A stretch of 64,000 nucleotides of DNA from Paraspadella gotoi (GCA_051294375.1 CM119270.1:9797530-9861529), one strand, 5' to 3'; positions 55,254-64,000 are shown, counted from the first letter of the stretch. Made by a program: numbers and translations. The notes: a model not told the origin generated them from the sequence alone.

Positions 55254-55753
55254 AAAGAGAGGCAATAGGGGGGGGGTGAGAAAGAGAGAGCAAGAAAAGA
55301 GAGAGAGAGGGAAAAAAAGGGAGAGAGGGACATATAAAAAGAGAAAAGGAGAAAGAGAGAGAAAGAATCTAGGTGGGGAGGTTTCCAAATAAAGATAGCA
55401 ACGGTCAGTCGAGTATCAAATGAGACAGACAAGACAAAACAGACAGACGAACAAAGAATTTGAACGTCACTAGCGCCATGAAAGCGTTTGACCTGTGAAT
55501 TGGATCCGTTGGAAAGGTTAGACTCATTGAACTTGCGCTTGGCGCATCGCGCCAGCGACGGAGGAGTTGGGTGAGCGCCAAACTTGCTTTGGTGAGAGCC
55601 GTTTGACACCGGGTGGGTTCCGTTTGACGCCGGGTGGGTTCCGTTCGACGCCGCATGAACGCCGTTTGTCCTTGGCAAGGCGCCGTTGGAATTGATGCTG
55701 GCGCCTTCTTTCGGCGAGGATCTTTTTCGTCGGACCCCCGACCAATCCGCCAT
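2155..55753 (-). CDS. DNAH12: Axonemal dynein heavy chain, DNAH12-like: 5' part (tail/DHC_N2 region), 19 coding exons, 3'-truncated by the window edge
   Basis: Spliced translation matches my recollection of vertebrate DNAH12 colinearly (LPPIPQ..SKLMTYR; [14 protein letters not shown]; WYPKIINVF; [14 protein letters not shown]; [17 protein letters not shown]; [12 protein letters not shown]; [11 protein letters not shown]; EFSLEKAM; [15 protein letters not shown]). All junctions are GT-AG with matching phases; one +1 frameshift near 48103. Orthology is from memory, not a search. Confidence 0.9.
2334..2418 (-). CDS. DNAH12: DNAH12-like exon (EFSLEKAM...YRDT)
   Basis: cacag|GAA, G|gtaggc. Confidence 0.93.
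3125..3625 (+). repeat. Degenerate CCCTAA-containing tandem repeat
   Basis: ~130-bp units interspersed with CCCTAACCCTAA. Confidence 0.7.
3649..5038. mobile_element. PIF/Harbinger-type non-autonomous TIR element
   Basis: TIR GGGGTGAACTTAGG at both ends; TTA target duplication. Confidence 0.65.
6144..6245 (+). mobile_element. Family-B LTR remnant lacking the twister core, followed by PBS TGGTGAGCCC
   Basis: Matches the B LTR on both sides of the ribozyme; ends ...CTTCTACA then the PBS. Confidence 0.65.
8115..8158 (-). ncRNA. Minimal type I hammerhead ribozyme
   Basis: CTGATGA-AGGCTC..GAGCC-GAAACATGTA with palindromic stem III ACATGT; one stem I mismatch. Confidence 0.75.
8400..9065 (+). mobile_element. 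Penelope-like element C-terminus (GIY-YIG endonuclease), degraded
   Basis: LPYHQGITE...KPKD...GDVYWAAC...YMG...QH, then after a stop RGIREAIYI...LNRDGG. Confidence 0.8.
9518..10189 (+). mobile_element. DINE-1/HINE-like non-autonomous Helentron, family D (also 17398-18905 and 45603-46387; ends at ~343, 16200, 20125, 20395, 23718)
   Basis: Subterminal IRs GTCGGATCTGC/GCAGATCCGAC, short 5' inverted repeat, (GTCC)n tract, 3' GTTT-GCTC-AAAC hairpin, T-rich flanks. Confidence 0.75.
10513..10556 (+). ncRNA. Minimal hammerhead, degenerate copy of the 8115 family
   Basis: Same core; stem III mutated (GAAAAATGTA). Confidence 0.55.
10862..11047 (-). CDS. DNAH12: DNAH12-like exon ([19 protein letters not shown]...AATK)
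   Basis: aaaag|GAA, AAG|gtgagg; DHC_N2 motif. Confidence 0.93.
11280..11526 (-). CDS. DNAH12: DNAH12-like exon ([10 protein letters not shown]...IKQFK)
   Basis: gtcag|A, AAG|gttgga. Confidence 0.92.
11844..11989 (-). CDS. DNAH12: DNAH12-like exon ([10 protein letters not shown]...WQRAEK)
   Basis: cacag|GAC, AA|gtaaga. Confidence 0.92.
13775..13816 (-). ncRNA. Minimal type I hammerhead ribozyme
   Basis: GACG-CTGAAGA-AGGCTT..AAGCC-GAAACATGTA-CGTT. Confidence 0.75.
17047..17259 (-). CDS. DNAH12: DNAH12-like exon (IQPIFEEN...LMEAQ)
   Basis: gtcag|ATC, CAG|gtgggg; 71 codons. Confidence 0.9.
17729..18014 (-). mobile_element. Family-C solo LTR nested in a HINE
   Basis: 286 bp with a perfect 4-bp TSD TATT, confirmed against the empty HINE site near 45935. 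Confidence 0.85.
19106..19187 (-). CDS. DNAH12: DNAH12-like exon (RLRYLVDVY...TWPSK)
   Basis: aacag|A, AAG|gtagga. Confidence 0.9.
19304..19453 (-). CDS. DNAH12: DNAH12-like exon ([17 protein letters not shown]...EAQN)
   Basis: tgcag|C, AG|gtcagg. Confidence 0.9.
20433..21100 (+). mobile_element. Complete miniature LTR element (TRIM), family A
   Basis: LTR ~20433-20667, PBS TGGTGAGCCCGAC 20669-20681, ~190 bp non-coding interior, PPT GGAGGGGGGA 20849-20858, LTR 20861-21100. Confidence 0.85.
21409..21614 (-). mobile_element. Family-A LTR, inverted and 3'-truncated (other partial copies at 29512-29637 -, 56085-56249 +, 58613-58668 +)
   Basis: Reverse-complement homology to family A. Confidence 0.75.
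27912..28633 (+). mobile_element. Second copy of the family-A TRIM (inside the duplicated block; N-gap inside)
   Basis: Same layout; clean 3' LTR 28400-28633 preceded by a PPT. Confidence 0.75.
28508..28581 (+). ncRNA. Type-P5 twister ribozyme fold in the family-A LTR
   Basis: P5 GCAGTT/GACTGC; GA-CGG (T1) pairing with L4 TCCGAAGC; TAA at 28531; P2 CCC/G(A)GG; T2 GC/GC; P3 CTGTAAC/GTTACAG; P4 CCTGA/TCAGG. Confidence 0.8.
30311..31009 (+). mobile_element. Complete TRIM, family C
   Basis: LTR 30311-30589 (TGTAG...CCACA), PBS TGGTGAGCCC 30591-30600, ~120 bp interior, short G-run, LTR 30710-31009; flanks ACAC/GCAC. Confidence 0.8.
30860..30938 (+). ncRNA. Type-P5 twister ribozyme fold in the family-C LTR (also ~30443-30518 +, ~17800-17879 -)
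   Basis: GA-GGA (T1) pairing with L4 TTCCAAGC; P1 palindrome CGGCCG; TAA; GCC; T2 GC; P4 CCTGG/CCAGG; P3 is best preserved in the other two copies. Confidence 0.72.
32353..32531 (-). CDS. DNAH12: DNAH12-like exon (FIERF...IRLDCDDLK...EENL)
   Basis: tccag|TTT, AG|gtaaaa. Confidence 0.9.
32806..32890 (-). CDS. DNAH12: DNAH12-like exon (RYDYIVNG...QEYCQ)
   Basis: ttcag|A, CAA|gtgaga. Confidence 0.9.
33068..33246 (-). CDS. DNAH12: DNAH12-like exon ([17 protein letters not shown]...FKE)
   Basis: ttcag|GTG, AG|gtgatc. Confidence 0.9.
34022..34630 (+). mobile_element. BEL/Pao-type gag fragment with a triple zinc knuckle
   Basis: [13 protein letters not shown]...[14 protein letters not shown]...[13 protein letters not shown] is the BEL/Pao gag signature; no pol follows. 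Confidence 0.8.
34772..35774 (+). mobile_element. Possible 3' LTR or composite region of the BEL-like element
   Basis: Purine tract at 34754-34764; TGTTAG...CTGACA termini; contains the twister-like fold and a PBS. Confidence 0.4.
35111..35191 (+). ncRNA. Fourth type-P5 twister-like fold (partly degenerate)
   Basis: P5 GTTGGC/GCCAAC, GA-CCG pairing with L4 TTGGAAGC, P1 palindrome CCCTAGGG, TAA, P3 CAGTGA/TCACTG, P4 GGG/CCC; the 5' side of T2 is TC instead of GC. Confidence 0.65.
35800..35973 (-). CDS. DNAH12: DNAH12-like exon (LKDLLVRT...LLITQ)
   Basis: tacag|TTG, CAA|gttagt; 58 codons. Confidence 0.9.
37814..38029 (+). mobile_element. Family-A solo LTR (A-box deleted)
   Basis: Homology to 28400-28633; TSD AAAG/GAAG. 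Confidence 0.8.
41570..42190 (-). pseudogene. Frameshifted Gypsy-like gag
   Basis: Directly downstream of the PBS; [12 protein letters not shown] resembles the gag KLPxFW motif; ends at an N-gap. Confidence 0.55.
42332..42560 (-). mobile_element. Ty3/Gypsy-like 5' LTR with an 18-nt tRNA-Trp-type PBS
   Basis: TGTGGCA...TGCCACA termini; PBS TGGTGAGCCCGACGTGAT at 42312-42329 (-). Confidence 0.8.
45030..45248 (+). mobile_element. Family-A solo LTR (duplicate of the 37814 insertion)
   Basis: Same flanks and same deletion as 37814; TSD GAAG/GAAT. Confidence 0.8.
47394..47623 (-). CDS. DNAH12: DNAH12-like exon (GTMVLFD...LISNQ)
   Basis: cccag|GC, CAG|gtgtag; contains WYPKIINVF. Confidence 0.9.
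47938..48179 (-). CDS. DNAH12: DNAH12-like exon ([11 protein letters not shown]...CQNTL), one extra base near 48103
   Basis: aaaag|GTC, G|gtgagg; removing one C restores [26 protein letters not shown]. Confidence 0.85.
48348..48662. repeat. 22-bp minisatellite (GATGCGATGATAACCAAATATT / ...ATCATTCATT)
   Basis: Visible tandem units; related arrays at ~50195-50385 and 59280-59535. Confidence 0.85.
52712..52861 (-). CDS. DNAH12: DNAH12-like exon ([10 protein letters not shown]...EIFEE)
   Basis: cacag|GTC, GAG|gtgagg; 50 codons. Confidence 0.9.
54259..54303 (-). CDS. DNAH12: DNAH12-like 45-nt exon ([15 protein letters not shown])
   Basis: cttag|CAA acceptor and AAG|gtaatt donor, in frame. Confidence 0.7.
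54533..54620 (-). CDS. DNAH12: DNAH12-like exon (MHERALREY...KYPVR)
   Basis: ctcag|G acceptor (phase 2), CGA|gtaagt donor. Confidence 0.75.
54802..54923 (-). CDS. DNAH12: DNAH12-like exon (IPNLPPIPQ...LLEI)
   Basis: tttag|ATT acceptor, AT|gtaaat donor; resembles the DNAH12 N-terminus. Confidence 0.8.
55493..55753 (-). CDS. DNAH12: DNAH12-like coding exon 1 (MADWSG...SNSQ, 87 aa)
   Basis: aag|ATG acceptor, weak cag|gtcaaa donor, phase 0 into the next exon; sequence is not conserved so it is less certain. Confidence 0.55.
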
Positions 55754-55788
55754 CTTTCAACGAAGGTTGTCATTAAACTTGATACAAT

Positions 55789-56022
55789 TATGGTGGACTA
55801 AAATCCACCAACCATTCATCAGCGGCCATTGGTACCGGAGGCAAGTCATTCGCCTCCCAACCCAAAGGTTCGGGGTTCTAGCCCGGTGGCCGCCTCGCAG
55901 TTAAGAAAGACGGGGCGCTTAACCCCCCTGTAACATGGTGTTACAGCCTGATCCGAAGCTCAGGGACTGCTTATATTGAACGCTTCTGTCACTAAGACAT
56001 AACAATTATCACTGTTTCTTCA
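55789..56022 (+). mobile_element. Family-A solo LTR
   Basis: TATGG...CTTCA, 234 bp, perfect 4-bp TSD CAAT. Confidence 0.85.
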
Positions 56023-57783
56023 CAATTAACAATTTATTCATTTTCATAGCTAATACATTTTAACATTTATCGAAATTTCTCTGGTATGGTGGACTAAAAT
56101 CCACAAACCATTCATCAGCGGCCATTGATTCGGCAGGCAAGTCATTCACCTCCAAAGGTCTCCTCCCGGTGGCCGCCGAGCAACTAAGAGGGACGCGCCG
56201 CTTAACCCTCCTCTAACACAGCCTACTCCGAAGCTCTGGGACTGCTTATTAAAGTGTAGCAAAAATATTAAAATCAAGTAGAATCAAAATTCGAATAGTA
56301 GATCACAAACAGGCTTGTCTTGGGAACTAGAGATGCGGTAGCGGTTGATTTTTCCACTGCTGCTTATCCTCGCTTCCCGAGACCCTTCCCGCTCCTGATT
56401 TTGAGTGCAATCCCAACTTTTTTTAGCCCGGATCGCTTTCGCTTTCGAGTGCATATCGCTTCCTACCTTTAGATATTCTATGAAAATTTGCAAATTACTT
56501 GTTTCACTATTTTCTATTTTTCTATATAATATTTTAATATTTTTATGAAGGATTTAGTATTTAATCTATATTATTTAATCAAACATATATTGCTTTCTTT
56601 TTTAAAAATGTTTTATTTATTAAAAATAATTCAATTTGGGAAGGGGAAGTCAGTGTTGTCTTCTGGAAATAGAGGGAGCATCTATACAACACAAGGTTTT
56701 CTAATAGATATCACACATCATTTCTGTTAGAAAGTCATTAATGAAAAATCATAATATCTAAGAGGCTGAACAGAAAGGGGTGAGAATGGATAATTTTTTG
56801 AGGGGGGACCAACGTTATATATGATTTTTTTTACCAATAGGGATAAGACTACCATGTAGAATTGTATGTTCTGATAGGGATACATACTGGGGAAAGGTCT
56901 ATAGGGGCACCTTTATGTCATGAATATAATTTTAAAATACTTTAATGAAAATTTTATTTTTTCTTTATCCTATTTTTTAATTATTTCTTTTTTGAATATT
57001 TTTTATCTTTTATGTTTTACAATGGGAAGGTCATCAGTTGGGAACCTATACCCTTCATGGATTTCGGCTCTTTAATCCCAATATCCAGGTATAGGCGAGC
57101 CATCACCAAAATGGTGATCCTCCGTTGTTGCTTATCTTATATTTTAAAGGTATATTTTGAATGTTTATCTTAAACAGACCAAAACCCTGGCATCACAGCA
57201 TTATTAATTTTAGAGAAATTTATTAAGGTTTTGTAATAATTTGTAAATTGTAAATAATTTAAATAAGTTAAATAATTAGTTAAATAATAAGTTAGATAAT
57301 TAATGGTATGTTAATGTAAAGTTATATTTGTAATTTCTGTAAACTTATAATAATTATTCACTAATAGACAAACAAAAAAATTCAAGCAGAATCTTTTTGT
57401 TTACAAAAAATTTGTTCCAGCTTTGATCTTATTTCTACAGTAATCAAACGCCATCTCAAAACCACACTTTTTTAAACAAAAGAGAAAAGAGAAAGAGAGA
57501 CGTAAGGAACAAAAAAAAGGAAAAGGAAAATAAAGGGAGCAAAAAAGAGATAAAAAAATGAAATTAAAAGAACTGAATGAAAATAAGTGAATATAAAAAA
57601 TTAAAAAAATTGGAACAAAAAAAAATAGTCGCAAAAGAAGTGTTTAAAAAAAAAAGAAAAAAATGAAATAAAAAGAGAGAGGAAAAAAATTGAGGGCAGA
57701 AAAAAGTGATAAAAATAAGCCTTTCCTTTAAAAAAATCAAAATTTTTTCTAAAAAAAACTATCATGAATAGAAATTAACTAAT

Positions 57784-58020
57784 TGTGGAAGACGATGCCG
57801 CGAGCAGTTTACCGTCCGTTGCACACAAGGTCCCGAACTTCGGATCGGGCTGTAGTCCGACACTACAGGTGGGTTAGACGCCCCGTCCCGCTTTTACTTG
57901 TGTGAATCAGCAGGACGCGAACCCGAGTCCTTTGGGTTGGGAGGAGCTCGTGCTACCTCGGGCGCCATAAGTGCTGCTGATTCTCAGACGAGTAACGGGG
58001 TATGAAATACTACCGCTACA
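57784..58020 (-). mobile_element. Family-B LTR (divergent relative of A), preceded by a PPT
   Basis: TGTAG...CCACA termini; AGGGGGGGA PPT plus a 2-nt spacer (plus strand 58021-58032). Confidence 0.75.
57822..57904 (-). ncRNA. Type-P5 twister ribozyme fold in the family-B LTR
   Basis: P5 CACACAAG/CTTGTGTG, P3 CTGTAGT/ACTACAG, P4 CCCGA/TCGGG, L4 TCCGAAGT, T2 AC/GT (compensatory relative to family A). Confidence 0.8.
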
Positions 58021-58675
58021 CATCCCCCCCTAGGCATCACACAAAAATAATGAAAATAAATATAAATTACTCCATATTTTTTATATATGTTCTTTTGATA
58101 GATTATCTTATAATTTTTACTTTATATAGTATACCCCATAAAAACTTAAACTGTTTATAATATTATAGGAGAGAGAATATATAAAAAAAAAGATTGTATT
58201 CGATCTTTCTTTATGTTGTTTGTGTGTTTAAGGAGTGTAACGAAAAATTCGTTTCTGAACAACAATTTATTTAACAGTTTCTAACTTTCTAAGGACATGT
58301 TTCGACTCTATGTTTTGAGTATAAAAAATATAGTTTTTATAATTTTTGGCCAACTTAATGAAATAATTTTTGATTAAGATTTATATTTTCTTTTATCAAC
58401 TTTTTATGAGGAATTCAAATATGCTTTCAAAACTTAGAAAACATTATTTTAAAATTTTTACATTTTTTATGGAAAGTACTATGTATAAATATGGGCGTAT
58501 GCGAAAATTGAGAAATTTAAAAACAATCTTTTTTATATATCAATGTTCTTTAGTCCAAGACTGTTCATGATTAACTATTCGAATTTCAATCAGAAACTTT
58601 CACTACGACTTACTGCTTATATTGAACGGTTCTGTCACTAACTCTTAAAAAGTATTTCTGTCTCTTAAGTGGCAT

Positions 58676-59570
58676 AATTATCGAGCTTACCGGCGAAGCC
58701 GGTTCAGGCTCGATATTGTTATCGATAGAAATTCCTAAACAAATCCTTGAATCAATAAAAAATATCTGAAATCAAAAGACCTTTTTAATGAGAAACTATG
58801 TCTTAATTTTAATACAAATAAAAATAAAATCTTTTACAAGCTATGATTGGAAAAAATTGTAAAAATTTCCAATTGTAAACAATTGTAACATTTTTTTTCT
58901 TTCTTTCATTTCTTTAAATTATATATATATTTTTCTTCCTATTTTTGTCAGTTGCTGCCTTTTCTGAACCCTTTAAAAACGAGTTCAGCTGCCTTCCAGC
59001 GGCTGTCCAGCCTTCTCTCTCTTTTTCTCTCTCTGTTTCTGTCTGTATCTCTCTTTCTCTCTCTCTCTCTCTGTACGATTTTTTGTGTGATCGTTTTTTG
59101 AAAATTTTGATTATTTTTTTCCTTTTAAAAATTTTATTATCACCATTTATTCCGCGATTTTTTCTCAATGCAAAATCCCAAATTTACATCCGAGATTTTT
59201 GTGGATTTATTCTCTTTCTCTCTCTCTTTCACTCATACACGCATTTGTTTGTTTTATTTATAATGAATAATTCATTGCGTCAATGAATGACTATCATCGC
59301 ATCAATAAATGACTATCATCGTATCAATGAATGATTATCATCACATCAATGAATAACTATCATCGCATCAATCAATCACATCAATCATTTGGTTATCATC
59401 ACATCGATCATTTGGTTATCATCGTATCAATTATTGGTTATCATCGCATCAATATTTGGTTATCATTGCATCAATCATTTGGTTAACATCGCATCAATCC
59501 TTTGGTTATCATCGCATCAATATTTGGTTATCATTGAAGGTAGGCTCGATCCTATTCTTTTAAGATTTTT
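58676..59570 (+). mobile_element. Second HINE-like family (many rearranged copies on the minus strand at ~13.9-15.7 kb and 48.3-52.6 kb)
   Basis: 5' hairpin ATCGAGC..CCGGCGAAGCCGG..GCTCGAT, 3' GCTCGAT subterminal IR followed by a T-run; internal 22-bp minisatellite. Confidence 0.55.
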
Positions 59571-59644
59571 TTTTTTATCTTTACTAAAGCTCACAAAAGT
59601 AAAACCGCACAGTGAAATTTCATTATATTCCAAATGGACTCACC

Positions 59645-59900
59645 TTGAATTTTTTTAAGTGTTTGGGATTAATTTAGTCGGTAAGCTGTCAGTAAGCGAT
59701 TAATAATATAGGTGACGGGTTAGAAAAATGAAATCGCGATGTCGTTGATTTTTAAAAAGAATTCACGATCGACGATTCGACGTCTTCATCATTGAAACTT
59801 CTTTCCTTCTTTTTTATTTTCGAATTCGGACGACGAAATTCTTTTTTTTAAATCAACTTCGACTAAAAAAATATACTGCGTCGGCCATTTTTGTTTTTCG
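59645..59900 (-). other. Probable non-coding first exon of the dynein gene (5' boundary approximate)
   Basis: Strong AAG|gtgagt donor at 59644 in non-repetitive, CpG-containing sequence just downstream of an X-box. Confidence 0.4.
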
Positions 59901-60028
59901 GTCGACTGACGGGGATCGTCGTCATCGTCGTCGTTAGGAGGATGGAAATGACGGAAAATATCACGTGATCACCCGGTGTCATGACTCTACTATGGTGGGA
60001 CATGTCATGATTCGTTTTACAGGTTTTC

Positions 60029-60065
<37 letters not shown>

Positions 60066-60258
60066 TATTGGATTTTCCTGTTGCGTTAAACTTTTGTTTT
60101 CGTTGCGCTAATTGTGTAAATCTAATTCATTTTTGCCAGACTTTTGATTAATTTTTCGACATTAATCACAAAAATTCTTAAATATTCTAATTCCTAAATC
60201 ATTAAAATTTTGCTGTTAAAATCTTAACTTTTTCAGTTTTCGTTTTCTCTTTAATGAC

Positions 60259-60272
60259 GTCGTCATGACAAC
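60259..60272. promoter_or_regulatory. RFX X-box
   Basis: GTCGTCATGACAAC fits the RTHNYYWTRRNRAC consensus; upstream of a ciliary gene, with several CCAAT boxes nearby. Confidence 0.6.
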
Positions 60273-60699
60273 CAGGAAACTTTATAAAAGGCGGTTCTCT
60301 GATTGGCTTCGGTTGATTAGAAGATCGACCAATCGGAATACGTGGATAGAATACGGTTTGACGTCCAGGTTTTTCTTGAGCGAGGGAAATCAGGTTTCCG
60401 CTCTTTGGAAGGAATCTGGGGCCAGATTTGGTAGGATTTAGGATATAGAAAAACCTGAGAATTTTCGGAAAATATAACAGCAGGACTGGCAGGATCACTC
60501 TGATTGGTAATCACGGAATTTTCCCAGCAGGATTGATAAATTTGACAGGAACGATTTTTTTTGGATTGGTCTTCAGGGACTTTTTTACAGTAGGATTACC
60601 ACTCCTGGCAGGATTAAAACAAAAAGGAAATTGAAATATTATTAGCAATATTACTTACTGGCAGGAATCAAAAAGACAGGATCAAGACTTTTTCAAGTA

Positions 60700-62076
60700 T
60701 TTACTCCGGAAATATTTTTAGCATGATTTTTTTCTCACAGCGGGATTTAGCTTCTGGCAGAAATATTTTATAAAAATATTAAAGGGGAATTTTCGTGGCT
60801 GGAATGATTTTTCGCTGGCAGGAAGTTTTTTTTTTTAACAAAAGCTTAAGAAATCTTATTAGAAGGATTTTTTTCTTACAGCTGGATTAAGTTCTGTTGC
60901 CAAGAAAAATTTACAAAAAATATTAAAGAGGATTTTTTCGTGGCAGGAATGATTTTTTGCTAGCAGGAACAGTCATTTTTCGAACAAAAGCTTAGGAAAT
61001 CTTATTAGCACGATTTTTTCTCACAGCAAGATTAATCTCTAAAAATATCTAAGGGGATTTTTCGTGGCAGGAATGATTTTTTCCTGTAGGAAATCTTATT
61101 TGCAAGATTTATTTCTCACAGCAAGATTAATCTTTCCAGGCAGGACTATTTTACTAAAAATAAAGGGGATTTTTCAGGGTAGGAATGATTTTATGCTGGC
61201 AGGACCAGTCATTTTTCGAACAAAAGCTTAGGAAATCTTATTAGCAGGATTTTTTTCTTACAGCAGGATTAATTTCTGTTTCCAGGAATAATTTTGTTAG
61301 AGATTGCACATTTCCTTACGGACTTGGGAACACGATTGAGCATCCTTCATATTAATTTCTCTATTGTTGACTCATCAATAACCGTAACGCCATTAGTAGT
61401 ATTAATTGAAGTTAGTTGTAATTCAGTTGACAGTTATAAGGACAATCGAAATAGCAATCAGTAGAGCCATTGGAAGAGCTGTGGAAGAGCTATGGAAGAG
61501 CTATGGAAGCTCAAAAGCTACAAAAAAAACCCATTTATTAATACTAATTCCACCATTTAATAATTTCAGTAAATCAATCAATTACCTTATGGTCCCAGGG
61601 CAATCTCTTCAAAAAATAAAAGTTGCCCTTTATTTTATACAAAGACTAAATTTAATGGACCAATGAAAAGAAAGATCTTCTTTAAAATTATTGAGAATTC
61701 AATCATTAACTACTATTGGTAGAATTCGACCAATGAGAGTAAAGATAATATAAAATCATTAAAGTTGAGACTAAAACCAATTGACGTGATTCAGATATTC
61801 ACGAAGAGAATTTGTTTGATTTAAAATCATTTCTAACAAATTTACTAAAAATATTAAAGAGGATTTTTCATGGCAGGAATGATTTTTAGCTGAGAGGATC
61901 AGTCAATCTTTGAACAAAGGCTTAGGAAATCTTATGAGCAGGATTTATTTCTCACAGCAAGATTAATCTTTCAGGCAGGACTATTATACTAAAAATATTA
62001 AAGGGGATTTTTCAGGGCAGGAATGATTTTTTGCTGGCAGGACCAGTCATTTTTCGAACAAAAGCTTAGGAAATCT
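60700..62076. repeat. ~100-140 bp tandem satellite-like repeat, interrupted at ~61300-61840
   Basis: Recurring TGGCAGGAATGATTTTT...AACAAAAGCTTAGGAAATCTTATT. Confidence 0.7.
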
Positions 62077-64000
62077 GGGAAGTATGTAATGGTGATAGGA
62101 AAACAGGTATAACAAAGGTTATCAAGGGTACATAAAATGGGGAGAAGGGAGAGGGAAGGTTTGTAGACCCCGAGACCGAGAGGAGAAGATGTGATGCCGA
62201 TCTCCAAGACCCTGATCATTGACTCGAGGATGAAGAGGAGGGGATGACGAAAAGAGGAGGAGGAGACGTTGAAAGGGGGGAGAGAAGACCCGGAGGGGAG
62301 AAAGTCCCTGTCGATAAGGTGAGCCTCTATCCTGAGCCCCTCTCTTGGTCGGAGAATGTCTTGAATGTCTCAGGTGCGCGTCGCCATCATCTTGGTGTGG
62401 GCGTGGAGTTTGTGGAGAGTCAGGGGCAGAGGCAGACGCCGGTCGGGTCAGGCGGATTGGTGGACGCGATGTTTGGGGTGGGGGGATGTCGTCTTAAGCT
62501 CCTCTAGAGTCGACCCCTTGAATGGGTTGGCTGGTTTTGTTGGAAGAGGCGCTGGGCGAAGGTTGGAAGGCGGAAGGAATTGGTTTTTCGTCTTGAGTCT
62601 TGTACGGGGTCAGTTTTTTTTTTGGGGGGGGACGGGAAGTACAATTGCTCAAGAGGAGGGAAAGGCACGCTACTTTTTATAATCAAAATGATTTTTTTTG
62701 TTTTTCGGTATTTTTTTTTCAAAGAATTTCAAAATATATTTGGGTCTCAAAGAAATGGTAATTGGTAAAAATAATTGGTAATAATTGGTAATAATTGGTA
62801 ATAATAATTGGTAATAATTAGTAATAATAATTGGTAATAATTGGTAATTGGTAAATGGTAATTGTGTTATAAAAAATGAAAATCAATCCAGTTTCTTTAG
62901 AATATTTAACAAGAAAAAATGAGAGAAAAAGATGGTGAAACTATCAAGAGACTATACTGTAAAACTAAAAATTAAACACACTACGAGATGATGAAACACA
63001 CAATCTAAATAAGAAACTGGAAACGTTCCAATGATAATTAAAATTTGTTTTAGAAATTTTAAAATTAGAAATTTTACGGGAAAAGAAATTTAAGAAATAA
63101 AATGTAGTCAGTAGCCATAAATCATACAGTGAAACTAGAAATAAAATGCGCTAAGAATTGATAAAACTCGCAAGGAAATATTCAACGAGAAGCAACTTTT
63201 GTTCAGAGGAAAATTTCAAAATGTTTAGAATATTTTTAGTTCAAAAGTAAAAATTTAAAATCCAGAAACTAAAATTCTACTTTTCTGGAATTTCAAAGGA
63301 AAAAAGACAAGTGCAATAATGGTGAGGGAGTTTTACGGAAAGACCATTGATGTTGGTTTCATGAAGGTCGTAGTCGGTCACCAACGTAGGAAAGATGACG
63401 ATGTAGCGGAACATCGTCAGAAAGACTGGGATTTCGCCGGAGAGTCTCCGAGAGGGAGAGGTAATTTTTATTTTATTTTAATGATTTGGGAGTCCGTGAA
63501 AAGGGGAGATGCGCAGGAGAGAGATAGAAGGGGGGGAGTGGGTTGGGGTGGGGAAGTAGGAAGAAGTAGAGAAATGAGAGGAAGTGGAAGGGTTTTTAGC
63601 GATCTTAGAATCCCCATCGTCATCGTCGCCGTCGCCTTCGTCATCGTCTTGACTTGACTTGACTTGAAAGGCATTCGTCCAACGAGGGACAACCTCACTC
63701 TCAAAGCTGTCTAAGATGGTAGACTTGAGACTTGCCTTGAGAGGCTGCAGCCAGAATGTTGTTTAATTAGGGTGGGGAAAGATAGAGGAAGAGAGGGAGA
63801 GAGGAGGAGGGAGGGAGGGGATTGGGAAGGTGAGGAAGAGGGGGGAGGTGACCAGGTCGGCTGGGCCTGACCCACTCCGTTACTCAAGAAAACAGATCGG
63901 GATTCCGCCTTTCGGCTTTTCCTTCTCCTTGATCGCTTGAGCCTCCCGTCTCTTTTGCCATCCGAAAGGATGTTCCCGCTAGCACCGCGTGGAGGTAGAG

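Noticed and set aside
56700-57250. AT-rich RT/GIY-YIG remnants (also ~19700, 31400, 32070, 46880)
   Set aside because: Only isolated motifs such as PYLDI and LDCNSSN are visible; too decayed to delimit without a profile search.
57832-57849. C(UUCG)G tetraloop suggesting a structured RNA on the opposite strand
   Set aside because: It is the complement of the twister L4 (CCGAAG); family C and the 35111 fold lack it while keeping the twister pattern.

Overview
Eukaryotic (probably animal) AT-rich genomic DNA. The minus strand carries the 5' part of an axonemal inner-arm dynein heavy chain gene that best fits DNAH12. I traced 19 coding exons (55753 down to 2155, about 993 aa) with consistent phases and GT-AG junctions, plus a probable non-coding first exon and an RFX X-box upstream. 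The gene continues past position 1. The introns are full of repeats: DINE-1/HINE-like Helentron derivatives, MITEs, Penelope-like remnants with minimal hammerhead ribozymes, Ty3/Gypsy and BEL/Pao fragments, and microsatellites. A noisy duplicate of about 16.2-21.9 kb at about 23.7-29.9 kb is probably an assembly artefact. The main finding is a set of miniature non-coding LTR retroelements. Three LTR families (about 235-290 bp, 4-bp TSDs in solo copies, tRNA-Trp-type PBS, PPT) each combine a tRNA-like Pol III A/B-box module with a type-P5 twister ribozyme fold. A fourth, unrelated twister lies next to the same PBS. The folds covary across families, including both pseudoknots, and P1 is reduced to a 6-8 nt palindrome in all four. 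This suggests 'twister retrozymes' that may cleave as LTR-LTR dimers and replicate through ~400-430 nt circular RNAs. All structures were folded by eye and no database searches were run.
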